This document shows, piece after piece, positions 39,862 to 49,069 of a stretch of DNA of 57,604 nt (within the stretch, counting starts at the first letter, position 1; every line of letters starts with the position of its first letter). A program made the position numbers and the translations under genes. A model generated the notes under the pieces. It saw only the letters and a program-made list of their open reading frames with translations. It had not been told where the DNA came from and did no database searches. Source of the stretch: Synechococcus sp. (GTDB taxonomy: Bacteria > Cyanobacteriota > Cyanobacteriia > Thermostichales > PCC-7336). The stretch covers positions 1 through 57,604 of the forward strand of contig JBFRWD010000111.1 in the NCBI GenBank assembly GCA_051439425.1, in the 5' to 3' direction.

Positions 39862-39960
39862 ATGCCCTTAACCGAAGGTCAGATTTTCTTCATCCTCTTA
39901 CACGCACTCGTTCCCGCCACCTTTGCCATGCTCTTGGGAGCGTCTTTGGCAGAAGGGTAG
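39862..39960 (+). CDS. psaM: Photosystem I subunit XII PsaM
   Basis: MPLTEGQIFFILLHALVPATFAMLLGASLAEG follows the PsaM pattern M.L...Q....L..AL.PA..A..L...L. GAGG RBS upstream and a terminator downstream. Confidence 0.85.
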   Translation: MPLTEGQIFFILLHALVPATFAMLLGASLAEG

Positions 39961-39987
39961 GCTTGAGCCCGACTACATAAACACTCC

Positions 39988-40038
39988 GAGCCGCTGGCAC
40001 TGCAGTTCTTTAGAACTCAAGCCAGTGGCTTTTGCTTT
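39988..40038 (+). terminator. Probable psaM terminator
   Basis: AGCCGCTGGC...GCCAGTGGCT long stem followed by TTTGCTTT. Confidence 0.6.
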
Positions 40039-40069
40039 GGTCACGCAAGTCACACAACTCATATATGTG

Positions 40070-40175
40070 TATGGCAATCCGCTGTCAGGTCCGGAGTAAG
40101 AGGACAGCTCAAGCCCCGTAGCCTACCGGGAAAAATGGCGAGAGTCTTCTCCATAGCTGATTGCAGAAAGCGATA
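40070..40175 (+). mobile_element. MITE-like repeat A, copy 3
   Basis: TATGGCAATCCGCTGTCAGGTCCGGAG...CCTACCGGGAAAAATG...CCATAGCTGATTGCAGAAAGCGATA; very close to the reverse complement of 43119-43223. Confidence 0.85.
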
Positions 40176-40207
40176 TTTGCCCGTGCAAGTCAGCCACTAT
40201 CTATGTC

Positions 40208-40239
40208 GATGGACTGTTATATAGATGGGCTGTTATATA
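40208..40239 (+). repeat. 16-bp tandem repeat x2
   Basis: gatggactgttatata / gatgggctgttatata. Confidence 0.7.
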
Positions 40240-40366
40240 AATAGACGAAACCCGCAACCAGGCGGTGAGGTGCCTCGATCGCAGAAAGAAAACCAGAATG
40301 CAGCAACACTTTGCCGCAAACCTCAGTCCCACCTATTGCCTTTCCTCTGGGTCTCCGAAGGAGGCG

Positions 40367-40567
40367 TTACCCTTCGGTATCGGTGACTTCAATCTTTGTA
40401 GGGGTGGCATCCTCGTCCTTGCTATCGGAATTCATCTCATCTTTAAAGCCACGGATCGCTTTCCCCATAGAGCTGCCAAGCTCAGGAAGTTTTTTGGGGC
40501 CGAATACGACGACTGCGATCACCCCAATCACGGCAAGCTCGGGAATGCCCATGCCGAAAATGCTCAT
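40367..40567 (-). CDS. tatA: Twin-arginine translocase subunit TatA
   Basis: FGMGIPEL...VVFGPKKLPELGSSMGKAIRGFK. Confidence 0.95.
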   Translation of the reverse strand: MSIFGMGIPELAVIGVIAVVVFGPKKLPELGSSMGKAIRGFKDEMNSDSKDEDATPTKIEVTDTEG

Positions 40568-40690
40568 GCTGCTCTCCTACAGTCTGACAGAATGCGCGGT
40601 TTGCCGATTCACGGCACGATGTCCAACAGCCTATCACGCGAAGAATTTGGCCGACAGAAGCTTTGCCCACCGATCGCGAATATCCATGCT

Positions 40691-40738
40691 CGAAACTGGC
40701 TGACTTCAAAACTGGCTCGCTTCAAAACTGGCTGAATG
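40691..40738 (+). repeat. 16-bp tandem repeat x3 between dprA and tatA
   Basis: cgaaactggctgactt / caaaactggctcgctt / caaaactggctgaatg. Confidence 0.8.
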
Positions 40739-40760
40739 CAAAGCGAACCCGATGCACCGC

Positions 40761-41996
40761 TTAGGTGGGGCATTGGGCCGAGCCGCGACAGTATCGCATA
40801 CCTGGCAATTGTTCTACCGTTCCTCCCAGTTCCATCATCAACAGGGTGCTCGATAGAGTGCTGGCGTCTAAACCGGTCTCAACGGCCAATACATCGAACG
40901 GTAGCGATTCTTCCAGTGCATTCCAAATCTCTAGCTCTATGCCGCTGAGGTTGGGAGGTGACTCGTTGGAGGCCGCGGTTGCCCGGTCTGAACGATGACA
41001 ACTCAACGGAGACCCCAGAGAGTCTAACAGCTCAGTGACCCCCAAGATTTGGATTGCCCCGCGATCGATTAACTCCAAACAGCCTCTAGCCTGAGGGGTG
41101 TCTAAGGCCCCCGGTAAGGCGTAAACATCGCGGTTGTAGTCATTGGCTAGGCGTGCAGTAATCAGGGCTCCAGAGCGACTGGGGGCTTCCATAATTAAGG
41201 TGGCTTGAGCTAGGGCTGCCACAATGCGGTTGCGGCGAGGGAAATTGGCTCGCGCAGGCCCCGTGCCACAAGGATATTCGCTAACAAGCATGCCAATCTC
41301 TTGAATCTGTGCAGCTAAATGATGGTGCTTGCCGGGATACACCACATCAACCCCAGTGCCCAAGACGGCGAGGGTTGGCTGACCCGCATCAATCGCGGCC
41401 TGATGCGCTACGGCATCGACCCCCAACGCCATACCCGAGACGATGGCAAAACCAGCGCTTACTAGGCCCGTGGCGACCGCCTCTGTCCAGCGAAGGCCGT
41501 ACTTGCTGGGCGATCTCGTGCCCACAATGGCAATAGCCGGAGACCAGGTTCTACGCTGACCTTTGATATAGAGCATGGGAGGGGGATCGGGAATCTCCCA
41601 CAACATGGGTGGATAGCCATTGTCTGCTGGAGTGATGACATTGACCCCGTCAGGAACATCAGCGATCAGGCGATTGCTGACAGCCACGACATCCAACGCG
41701 TCCCGCTCGCGGGCGATTGCATCTGCCAGGGTAAGTCCAATTCGCTCGACCTGAAGAAAGTCCCCTGCGGTAGCTTCCCAGGCGGCCTGTAGCGAGCCGA
41801 AATGCAGAAATAGCTGCTTGAGGCGGTTAGGACCTATACCTTCGATTTGAGGCCAAGCCAGCCAATAGGGACGCTCATCGGGTGAGGGGCGAGGACTGAC
41901 GCTGATGGGGAACGAGGGAGAGGGGGAGTTAGGGGTAAGCAAGAGCAGGCACAAAGCATTCCGAGCTGCTAAATGGACGGTGACGGACAGAACCAT
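40761..41996 (-). CDS. dprA: DNA-processing protein DprA
   Basis: SAM-like N-domain, AIVGTR, IVSGMALGVD..AH, FPRRNRIV, SGALITA..A, C-terminal winged helix. The true start is probably downstream of 41996. Confidence 0.95.
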   Translation of the reverse strand: MVLSVTVHLAARNALCLLLLTPNSPSPSFPISVSPRPSPDERPYWLAWPQIEGIGPNRLKQLFLHFGSLQAAWEATAGDFLQVERIGLTLADAIARERDALDVVAVSNRLIADVPDGVNVITPADNGYPPMLWEIPDPPPMLYIKGQRRTWSPAIAIVGTRSPSKYGLRWTEAVATGLVSAGFAIVSGMALGVDAVAHQAAIDAGQPTLAVLGTGVDVVYPGKHHHLAAQIQEIGMLVSEYPCGTGPARANFPRRNRIVAALAQATLIMEAPSRSGALITARLANDYNRDVYALPGALDTPQARGCLELIDRGAIQILGVTELLDSLGSPLSCHRSDRATAASNESPPNLSGIELEIWNALEESLPFDVLAVETGLDASTLSSTLLMMELGGTVEQLPGMRYCRGSAQCPT

Positions 41997-42459
41997 CCAT
42001 TCAGGCCATGCTTAAGATGCCAAATCTCGCCCCACATCACATCCGCACATCTGTCGAGTTCTCGACCCCAGCCTCTCCAAGGCCGCATTCTACTGAAATC
42101 ACTCACCGGAAAAGCGTCCTTACTTCTGGCTGCTCCATTGCTCTCCGAACAGGAGACCAAAACACCTCCAGGTCATATCTCCTCCCCAGCCCCCTTTTTC
42201 GACACTGGTAAATATCGAGGATTTTGTCTTAAGAAAAGCTAGTAATTTGTCGAATCGAGCGCCCAGGCACAGTGCAGACAAATAATCGTACCGGGGTGGG
42301 AAAAGACCTCACAATTCCTATCGTTTTGTTACGGTCTGAGGGGAGAAAATGGCCAGGCGAGCTATTTCCGTAAAGGATTTCAGCAGTTCCTCCCTCTGAA
42401 TTGACGGAACTGTATCTGTGGTGTTTTAGTAGAGTCATCTCCACCGAAGACCACTATCC

Positions 42460-43002
42460 GTGCAAGGTCTCCCTATGGTTTCACAACTCGAAGTTGCCCC
42501 TAGTCCCAGCAGTTCAGTGAGTTACTTAGTGAAGGGGGCTGTCCACCTATACATCAATCCCCATCGCAGCTTTTTTAGCGCCGTGATTGCTCAAGCAATG
42601 CGGGTTGCTGGGCAGGGGACTTCAGTGTTGGTTGTACAGCTTTTAAAGGGGGGGATCGATCAGGGGGCAGACAACGGTATAGCACTAGGCAGTCATCTAA
42701 GATGGGTAAGATGCGGCATCGAGCGCTGTATCGACACACCACATCTGGAGCCGGCAGAGAAACAGGCGCTGAACGATCTATGGCAGTTTACAAAGGATGC
42801 GATCGCGTCCGGCGAGTACGGTTTGGTTGTGCTGGACGAGTTGGGATTGGCTCTTAAGCTCGGGTTGATTTCCGAGGCTGAGGCCGTTGCAGTTTTGAGC
42901 CATCGCCCCCAATCAATGGATGTGTTCATCACTGGCCCAGAAATGCCGGAATCCCTTTTGGATATGGCTGAACAAATTACTCACTTGAGAAGTGTTGCTT
43001 AA
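42460..43002 (+). CDS. CobO/BtuR-like P-loop protein (degenerate P-loop; probable start ATG 42475)
   Basis: VLVVQ.LKGG, YGLVVLDE, DV.ITG, A.QIT motifs of the cob(I)alamin adenosyltransferase fold. Confidence 0.75.
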   Translation: MQGLPMVSQLEVAPSPSSSVSYLVKGAVHLYINPHRSFFSAVIAQAMRVAGQGTSVLVVQLLKGGIDQGADNGIALGSHLRWVRCGIERCIDTPHLEPAEKQALNDLWQFTKDAIASGEYGLVVLDELGLALKLGLISEAEAVAVLSHRPQSMDVFITGPEMPESLLDMAEQITHLRSVA

Positions 43003-43118
43003 GGCATATTGAAGGAAAAATTAAATTCAAATAGTAATTTCTTCGATATTTGTATTTTGAATCGATGAATTTGTTATATATTTTCTGTGTAAACATTTCC
43101 TGGATTTAGGTGATGTAA

Positions 43119-43223
43119 TATAGCTTTCTGCAATCAGCTATGAAGAATACTCCAAGCATTTTTCCCGGTAGGTCAAGGGTTTGAGCAGTTCTCGAGCTCC
43201 AGACCTGACAGCGGATTGCTGTA
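43119..43223 (-). mobile_element. 105-bp MITE-like repeat A, copy 4
   Basis: Minus strand TACAGCAATCCGCTGTCAGGTCTGGAG...CCTACCGGGAAAAATG...TCATAGCTGATTGCAGAAAGCTATA. Confidence 0.85.
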
Positions 43224-43307
43224 AATGCTTCAATCACTCGCTACTTAGAACGACGACAGTCGCGAGGCCGCATTCCGAAACAGTCAGCCAAACCAGCAAT
43301 GAGCGCT

Positions 43308-44048
43308 CTAAAACTCTGCAGCATCTAGCATCTTGGTTGGCTGAAGTTTGAGTTCTTGCAAGAAATCCCGTAGCTCTGCCTCATCCAACTGCTGTCGAGA
43401 CTGCTTGCTGAAGCGTTCCTTGAGAAACCGCCGTCCTTCTTTCGGTCCCCAGCCAATTCGTGTCAGCTCCACATCAGTTTGCGCAATCAGTTCCGACAGA
43501 TCTTCAATTTCGGGCTCCAATTCGGGTTCGGGTTCGGGTTGTGACTTAGCTTTAGACGGGGTCGGTTTAGCCGCTTTGCGAAGTTTGGAGGGGGCGGGCT
43601 CGGGGACAGAAGGTGGTGCATCCCAGTCATCGACCGAGCTAAAACCATTGGCATCAATAGCACTGCTGGATGAACTCGGGCTGGTGCTGCCGGAGCGCGG
43701 AGCTGCCATCTCGAACGAGCTGGAAATCGAGTGGCCGTTGGTGGTGTCGAGAGAAACGGAATCCAGCGAGCTAGAACCCAATGCTGCGCTCCCACCGAGG
43801 AGCGAAGATGTACTGCTAATTCCGGAAATACGTAAAGCCCTTTGAATCGCAGCATCTTCCGCTTCTTCCACCGTGGTCGATCCAGCCATGCCAGACCCGA
43901 GCACAATGCCACCCACCGAGATTTGTGCTTTGACGACGTATATGCCTTCTTCCACCCGCAACAAATCGGTGACAACGCTGCCGAGGGGATGGCGATCGCG
44001 GAAGGTTGACAGCATAAACAAATGGGAATCCGTGCCAGATGCCTCCAT
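43308..44048 (-). CDS. Conserved cyanobacterial hypothetical protein (folded N-domain, disordered linker, small helical C-domain)
   Basis: F...HP.GS....L......YVV.A.....G..L.SG.A....VE.AED.A..RAL N-domain and D.EL.R.GW....GR..L...F.K.SR..L...EL..FL C-domain. Confidence 0.8.
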   Translation of the reverse strand: MEASGTDSHLFMLSTFRDRHPLGSVVTDLLRVEEGIYVVKAQISVGGIVLGSGMAGSTTVEEAEDAAIQRALRISGISSTSSLLGGSAALGSSSLDSVSLDTTNGHSISSSFEMAAPRSGSTSPSSSSSAIDANGFSSVDDWDAPPSVPEPAPSKLRKAAKPTPSKAKSQPEPEPELEPEIEDLSELIAQTDVELTRIGWGPKEGRRFLKERFSKQSRQQLDEAELRDFLQELKLQPTKMLDAAEF

Positions 44049-44341
44049 TGTGTCCTTCTAATTTTGGTGTAGCAACAACAACGACGAGCCAAACCGGCCA
44101 ACCGTTGATACTGAGTATTGAAATCAAGCCCTACGAAACGCTCCGTGAGGCTGAAATGCGCATGTATGAACAGGCACAATTCTGGAGTTGAGGTTCGAGC
44201 CCAGAACAGGCCAGCGCCTGCAAATTGGCTGAAATACGGGTAATCAAGTTCGATACTTGTTCAACCCGCAAACCAGTGCATGTAATGAGTAGCCTGCTAA
44301 CTGGGTCGCCAGAAACAGATCGATGGGCTGTTGAGAGCCAG

Positions 44342-44641
44342 TTAGTTGCGAGATTCCAACGGGGCAGCCATTGGATTAACAACGCGCCGAATAGGGAAGT
44401 TGGCAATCAGAGCAGTGGAACCATCTTCGGAGGCCAGATCGAATTCAAAGCCATCTCGCTCGATTTCTACATACTTTGACAGAACACCGACAATCTCTTC
44501 ACACATCGCCTCTAGAGTGGCGGGACTCAGTTGAGCGCGGTCGTAAGCAAGAACAAACTTCAGCCGATCCCTAGCGTTTTCACGGCTGGTGGTTTTGCTG
44601 TTGGAAGATAGCAATTGCTCTAAAAATTGAAGCAAACTCAT
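44342..44641 (-). CDS. minE: Cell division topological specificity factor MinE
   Basis: SRENARDRLKFVLAYDR, EIVGVLSKYVEI, ALIANFPIRRV; downstream of minD. Confidence 0.93.
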   Translation of the reverse strand: MSLLQFLEQLLSSNSKTTSRENARDRLKFVLAYDRAQLSPATLEAMCEEIVGVLSKYVEIERDGFEFDLASEDGSTALIANFPIRRVVNPMAAPLESRN

Positions 44642-44668
44642 GGTGGTGGACTCGCGGCGAAGGGGGGC

Positions 44669-45472
44669 TTAGTTGCTGAGGGTGCTGATAAAGCGCTTGA
44701 ACCGCGCCATGAAGTTGTCGTTATAGGTCAGATCCACAAACGGAACTTTGTTACCCTCCAGCCGTTGCGCCACATTCGTGAACGCCACGCCGGCATAGGT
44801 CGGTTCGAGAGAAGTCACCATTGGCTCGCCATTGTTGGTGGAGACAATGACATCTTCGTCTTCGGGGATCGTGCCGATTAACGGAATCGATAAAATCTCC
44901 TTGACATCATCCACCGACATCATGGTGTTTGAATGCACCATCTCGGGACGAATGCGGTTGAGAACTAAATGAGTCTGATAAATTTGTCCGGCTTCTAGCA
45001 GACCAATGACGCGATCGGCATCCCGCACCGCAGAGATATCGGGAGTTGTCACGATGATGGCTTCATTCGCCTTGACGATCGCATTTTGGAACCCCTGCTC
45101 GATACCGGCCGGACAGTCAATCAAGATGTAGTCGAAATGGCGGGCGAGGCGGTCGATCAGCTCCCCCATTTGTTCGGCGGAAACCGCAGTCTTGTCTCGC
45201 GACTGTGAGGCCGGCATCAACATCAGTTTGGGGTTGCGGCGATCTTTAATCAGCGCTTGTTCCAAACGGCAATCACCGTTGATAACATCGATCGCCGTAT
45301 ATACGACGCGATTTTCCAACCCCAGCAACAGGTCGAGATTGCGCAATCCAAAATCAGCATCTACGAGGGCCACTCGTTTGCCGAACTTTGCCAGCGCGGC
45401 TCCGATGTTGGCTGTAGTTGTGGTTTTGCCTACACCACCTTTGCCCGAGGTCACCACAATTATTCGGGTCAT
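44669..45472 (-). CDS. minD: Septum site-determining ATPase MinD
   Basis: MTRIIVVTSGKGGVGKTT, DADFGLRNLD, IDCPAGIE, AVRDADRVIGLL and a C-terminal amphipathic helix. ATGA overlap with minC. Confidence 0.97.
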   Translation of the reverse strand: MTRIIVVTSGKGGVGKTTTTANIGAALAKFGKRVALVDADFGLRNLDLLLGLENRVVYTAIDVINGDCRLEQALIKDRRNPKLMLMPASQSRDKTAVSAEQMGELIDRLARHFDYILIDCPAGIEQGFQNAIVKANEAIIVTTPDISAVRDADRVIGLLEAGQIYQTHLVLNRIRPEMVHSNTMMSVDDVKEILSIPLIGTIPEDEDVIVSTNNGEPMVTSLEPTYAGVAFTNVAQRLEGNKVPFVDLTYNDNFMARFKRFISTLSN

Positions 45473-46161
45473 ACAGCTCTCCGCAAGTACTCCGAGACTC
45501 CTGTTATGCGAATGGCATCCCCTTCCAGGTAGGCCACTTCCGGGGTGGGAAACTGCAAGTTTCCGTCCGGCGCCCGCGCCACGCGATCGCACAGTCGCAG
45601 TTGAGTTGGCACGAGATGTAACGACATGATCGTCGCTTTGGTATTGCCCGATGATCCAGCATGAGCGACTCCCCTCAATCGTCCCCACACCAGGATGTTG
45701 CCACCCGCCTGGATCTCCCCACCGGGATTGACGTCCCCAATCACAACGACCGAGCCATCGTGTTGAATAGCCGTACCGGAGCGAACCGTGCTGTTGAGAT
45801 AAAGAGTATTGGCGTAATTACCATCCGAGGGATAAGCCGCCAAAGGAGGGGTCTGGTCTACCGAGCATCCCAGGCTGACAGCAGCGATCGCCGTCGAACG
45901 ACGGCTAGTTTGCACGCGGTCGAGACCGAGATTGTGAGTGGCAGCCAGGGAAGCGATCGCTTCTAGCTGCCGACCGTCTAACTCCCAGTCACCGGCCCAC
46001 AACACGAGCTTGGACTGCCCTAAAGCAAGCTGAGGACTGGAGTGCAGGCGCAGAGATAATTGCGGCCACAATTCCTGCCAGCACATCGCCTGGGGGGGGA
46101 GATGCAAGTGCACCCCTGCGGCACTGCCACGAAGGTAAACCTGCTGGGGGGGATAGGACAT
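45469..46161 (-). CDS. minC: Septum site-determining protein MinC
   Basis: TVRSG..I...GSVVVIGDVNPGGEI.A.GNILVWGRLRGVAHAG, PTQLR, PEVAY. Confidence 0.95.
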   Translation of the reverse strand: MSYPPQQVYLRGSAAGVHLHLPPQAMCWQELWPQLSLRLHSSPQLALGQSKLVLWAGDWELDGRQLEAIASLAATHNLGLDRVQTSRRSTAIAAVSLGCSVDQTPPLAAYPSDGNYANTLYLNSTVRSGTAIQHDGSVVVIGDVNPGGEIQAGGNILVWGRLRGVAHAGSSGNTKATIMSLHLVPTQLRLCDRVARAPDGNLQFPTPEVAYLEGDAIRITGVSEYLRRAV

Positions 46162-46279
46162 AGAAGTTGCTATGTAAACCCAGTTAGACGGGACATGTAG
46201 TCAGTAGCATCGCCTCAGTTACGACCTTGTCCCCGCCAATAATAGTTATGCTTAATAAATCGTTCACAAAACTTCACCG

Positions 46280-47788
46280 ATGGCTCGCGATCTCCGTCAA
46301 TTTCTGCGTTTGCTGGACCAACGAGGACAGTTACATCGCGTTACAGCGCAGGTAGATTCAGACCTAGAAATTGCCGAAATTAGCAATCGCATGCTGGCAT
46401 CCGGCGGCCCGGCGTTGCTGTTTGAAAACGTCAAGGGTTCCCCCTATCCGGTGGCGGTGAATTTGATGGGCACGCTGGAGCGGGTGTGCTGGTGCATGAA
46501 CATGGAGCAGCCGGAAGAGCTAGAAGATTTGGGGAAGAAGCTGGGCATGTTGCAGCAGCCCAAGCCACCGAAAAAGATTTCCCAGGCAGTGGATTTCGGC
46601 AAAGTGCTGTTTGATGTAGTGCGAGCGAAGCCGGGACGGGCGTTTATGCCCCCGTGTCAGGAAGAAGCGATCGGGGAAGACAAGCTGAACTTGAACACCA
46701 TCCCGATGATTCGTCCCTATCCGGGGGATGCGGGCAAAATCATCACGCTGGGATTGGTGATTACCAAAGACTGCGAAACCGGAATTCCCAACGTGGGGGT
46801 GTATCGCCTGCAGTTGCAGTCGGATAAGACCATGACCGTTCACTGGTTGTCGGTGCGTGGTGGAGCACGACATTTGCGCAAAGCGGCGGAGCGAGGTCAA
46901 AAACTAGAGATTGCGATCGCTCTTGGTATCGATCCCCTACTAATCATGGCGGCAGCCACGCCGATCCCCGTTGACTTATCCGAGTGGCTGTTTGCCGGAC
47001 TCTATGGTGGTTCTGGCGTACGGCTGACCAAGTGCAAAACGTTGGATTTAGAAGTACCCGCAGACGCCGAATTCATTTTGGAAGGCACGATTACTCCGGG
47101 GGAAGTGCTACCGGACGGGCCATTTGGAGATCACATGGGGTATTACGGCGGAGTCGAGGACTCGCCGCTGGTGCGCTTCCACTGCATGACCCACCGCCGG
47201 GAGCCGGTTTATCTGACGACGTTTAGCGGACGCCCGCCGAAGGAAGAGGCAATTATCGCGATCGCCCTCAATCGCATCTACACGCCAATTCTGCGCCAGC
47301 AAGTCTCCGAAATTGTTGACTTCTTCTTGCCGATGGAGGCCCTCAGTTACAAGGCGGCAGTGATTTCCATCGATAAAGCCTATCCCGGTCAGGCACGACG
47401 GGCGGCGCTGGCATTTTGGAGTGCCCTGCCACAGTTCACTTACACCAAGTTTGTAATTGTGGTGGATAAGGAGATCAACATCCGCGATCCCCGTCAAGTA
47501 GTGTGGGCGATTACGTCGAAGGTCGATCCGGTGCGGGACGTCTTTATCCTGCCGGAGACCCCATTTGACACGCTGGATTTTGCCAGCGAAAAGTTAGGGC
47601 TGGGTGGCCGCATGGGGATTGATGCCACAACGAAAGTGCCGCCCGAAACCGATCACGAATGGGGAGAAGCGTTAGAGTCAGACGCCGAGGTGGCAGCAAC
47701 AGTCGATCGCCGCTGGGCAGAGTATGGCTTTGCCGAGCTGAATCTTGATGAGGTCGATGCCAGCTTGTTTGGATACGACATTCGGTAA
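46280..47788 (+). CDS. ubiD: UbiD family prFMN-dependent decarboxylase
   Basis: GGPALLFENV, NVGVYRLQ, GPFGDHMGYY, GRPPKEE, RMGIDAT. Confidence 0.93.
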   Translation: MARDLRQFLRLLDQRGQLHRVTAQVDSDLEIAEISNRMLASGGPALLFENVKGSPYPVAVNLMGTLERVCWCMNMEQPEELEDLGKKLGMLQQPKPPKKISQAVDFGKVLFDVVRAKPGRAFMPPCQEEAIGEDKLNLNTIPMIRPYPGDAGKIITLGLVITKDCETGIPNVGVYRLQLQSDKTMTVHWLSVRGGARHLRKAAERGQKLEIAIALGIDPLLIMAAATPIPVDLSEWLFAGLYGGSGVRLTKCKTLDLEVPADAEFILEGTITPGEVLPDGPFGDHMGYYGGVEDSPLVRFHCMTHRREPVYLTTFSGRPPKEEAIIAIALNRIYTPILRQQVSEIVDFFLPMEALSYKAAVISIDKAYPGQARRAALAFWSALPQFTYTKFVIVVDKEINIRDPRQVVWAITSKVDPVRDVFILPETPFDTLDFASEKLGLGGRMGIDATTKVPPETDHEWGEALESDAEVAATVDRRWAEYGFAELNLDEVDASLFGYDIR

Positions 47789-47829
47789 GCGATCGTCTAT
47801 CCAGTCTCTATTCGTAGTGGTCAGAACAT

Positions 47830-48150
47830 CTAAATCAAGCGGCTGACTTTTCGCTCCAAAAGTTGAATCAGTTCGGGAGCCATAAATGCGTAGATGTCGG
47901 GGATATCGAGAGAGATTACCCGCTTATCCTTGAGCCAGCGGGAGAAGTTGCGGCGCAATCGCACTTTGTGGTCGTTTTCCATGACAAAGATAATGTCAGC
48001 CCATTGCAGCTCGTCAGGACTCACCGGGGTAGGAGAATCTTTGTTGAGACCGGCAGAGAGCACGTCTAAACCGGGGTAGTCCGCAAACACAGCCTCTGCA
48101 GTTGGGCTGCGTAGTTGATTCTTGGAGCAGATAAACAGCAACCGTTTCAC
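47830..48150 (-). CDS. Low-molecular-weight protein tyrosine phosphatase-like protein
   Basis: LLFICSKNQLRSPTAE (CX5R loop), SAG, WADIIFVME, LDIPD; GTG start at 48150. Confidence 0.85.
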   Translation of the reverse strand: MKRLLFICSKNQLRSPTAEAVFADYPGLDVLSAGLNKDSPTPVSPDELQWADIIFVMENDHKVRLRRNFSRWLKDKRVISLDIPDIYAFMAPELIQLLERKVSRLI

Positions 48151-48247
48151 AAGTTCTGCCCTCGATAATCCACTAGTCGATACTCCCTCTCTTACGGAAT
48201 ACCTCGCCCCAAAGCACTGACTGCCAGCATTTCCCGCTAGGTCTACG

Positions 48248-48718
48248 TTGTCCATGCCAGCATCTACACTTGCCGAGCAGTTTCTCAATGCCGATCGCGA
48301 TCGCCGGCGCCAAATTCTCGATCGCATCGGTCTGTCCAGATACGGCGACATTCTCCTGCCCATGCGACTATCTGCAGTCAATATCATGTGCGTGGAGCGA
48401 TTTTTAAGTGCCCCCGAACGAGTGAAATTTCCTCAGTTGCAAGAAGCCGATTTATCGCGGCTGGTGTTGGAAGATGTCAATTTGATTCGAGCAGATTTGA
48501 CCGGAACAAACCTGCGCGAGTCTAGCTTGCAGAATGGCAACCTGCTCTTTGCCAAAGCGATCGGTGCTGACTTCAGAGGAGCCAATCTACGAGGGGCAAC
48601 ATTAAGCCGAACGGTGTGGACCAATGCCCTCGTCAAAGGCTGCTGCTTTGGGAATGGCAACGGCTTGAGCCAGTCACAGCGAGAGGAGCTGCAACGGCGG
48701 GGAGCACAATTTGAGTGA
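48248..48718 (+). CDS. Pentapeptide repeat protein
   Basis: ADLSR, ADLTG, TNLRE, ADFRG, ANLRG, ATLSR repeats; ends ..L..RGA.F. Confidence 0.85.
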   Translation: MSMPASTLAEQFLNADRDRRRQILDRIGLSRYGDILLPMRLSAVNIMCVERFLSAPERVKFPQLQEADLSRLVLEDVNLIRADLTGTNLRESSLQNGNLLFAKAIGADFRGANLRGATLSRTVWTNALVKGCCFGNGNGLSQSQREELQRRGAQFE

Positions 48719-49069
48719 GGCAATTGCGATTCTCCATAGATGTTGCTGGATTTGCCGCGCAAACCAGAACGAAACGCTATGGTGTCGGAGAAAGCATGCA
48801 TACGTCTTGGAATCGATCGGCACTCTCGGCAATCTTGACCCACGATCTCGCCGACTTGCAGGCGATCGGCCACGCAGCTAACCCACCATTCCTGACTGAT
48901 ACTGACTGAGAAAGTCGATCTGGGACTGTCTCGCAATCTCAGCTTGCCAACCTCACCGACAGGTCACCACCACGCCTGCTCGCAAACATAGCTGTTTGTT
49001 TGTTACTGTTGCTGGCTACCGTTCGTTCCCCCTTCCGCCCCCGATTCCCACACCCCCTAACAGGACTCA

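Noticed and set aside
40081..40110. GTCAGGTCCGGA resembling SRP RNA domain IV
   Set aside because: It lacks the GGAA-GG..AGCAG half and lies inside MITE-like repeat A. The real ffs is at 6932-7026.
45473..45688. 72-aa N-terminal extension on MinD
   Set aside because: It overlaps minC coding sequence. The conserved start is ATG 45472 with ATGA coupling.
48900..49069. c-di-AMP (ydaO) riboswitch upstream of the Kef-type antiporter
   Set aside because: The consensus segments were not recognisable by eye; a cmscan would settle it.
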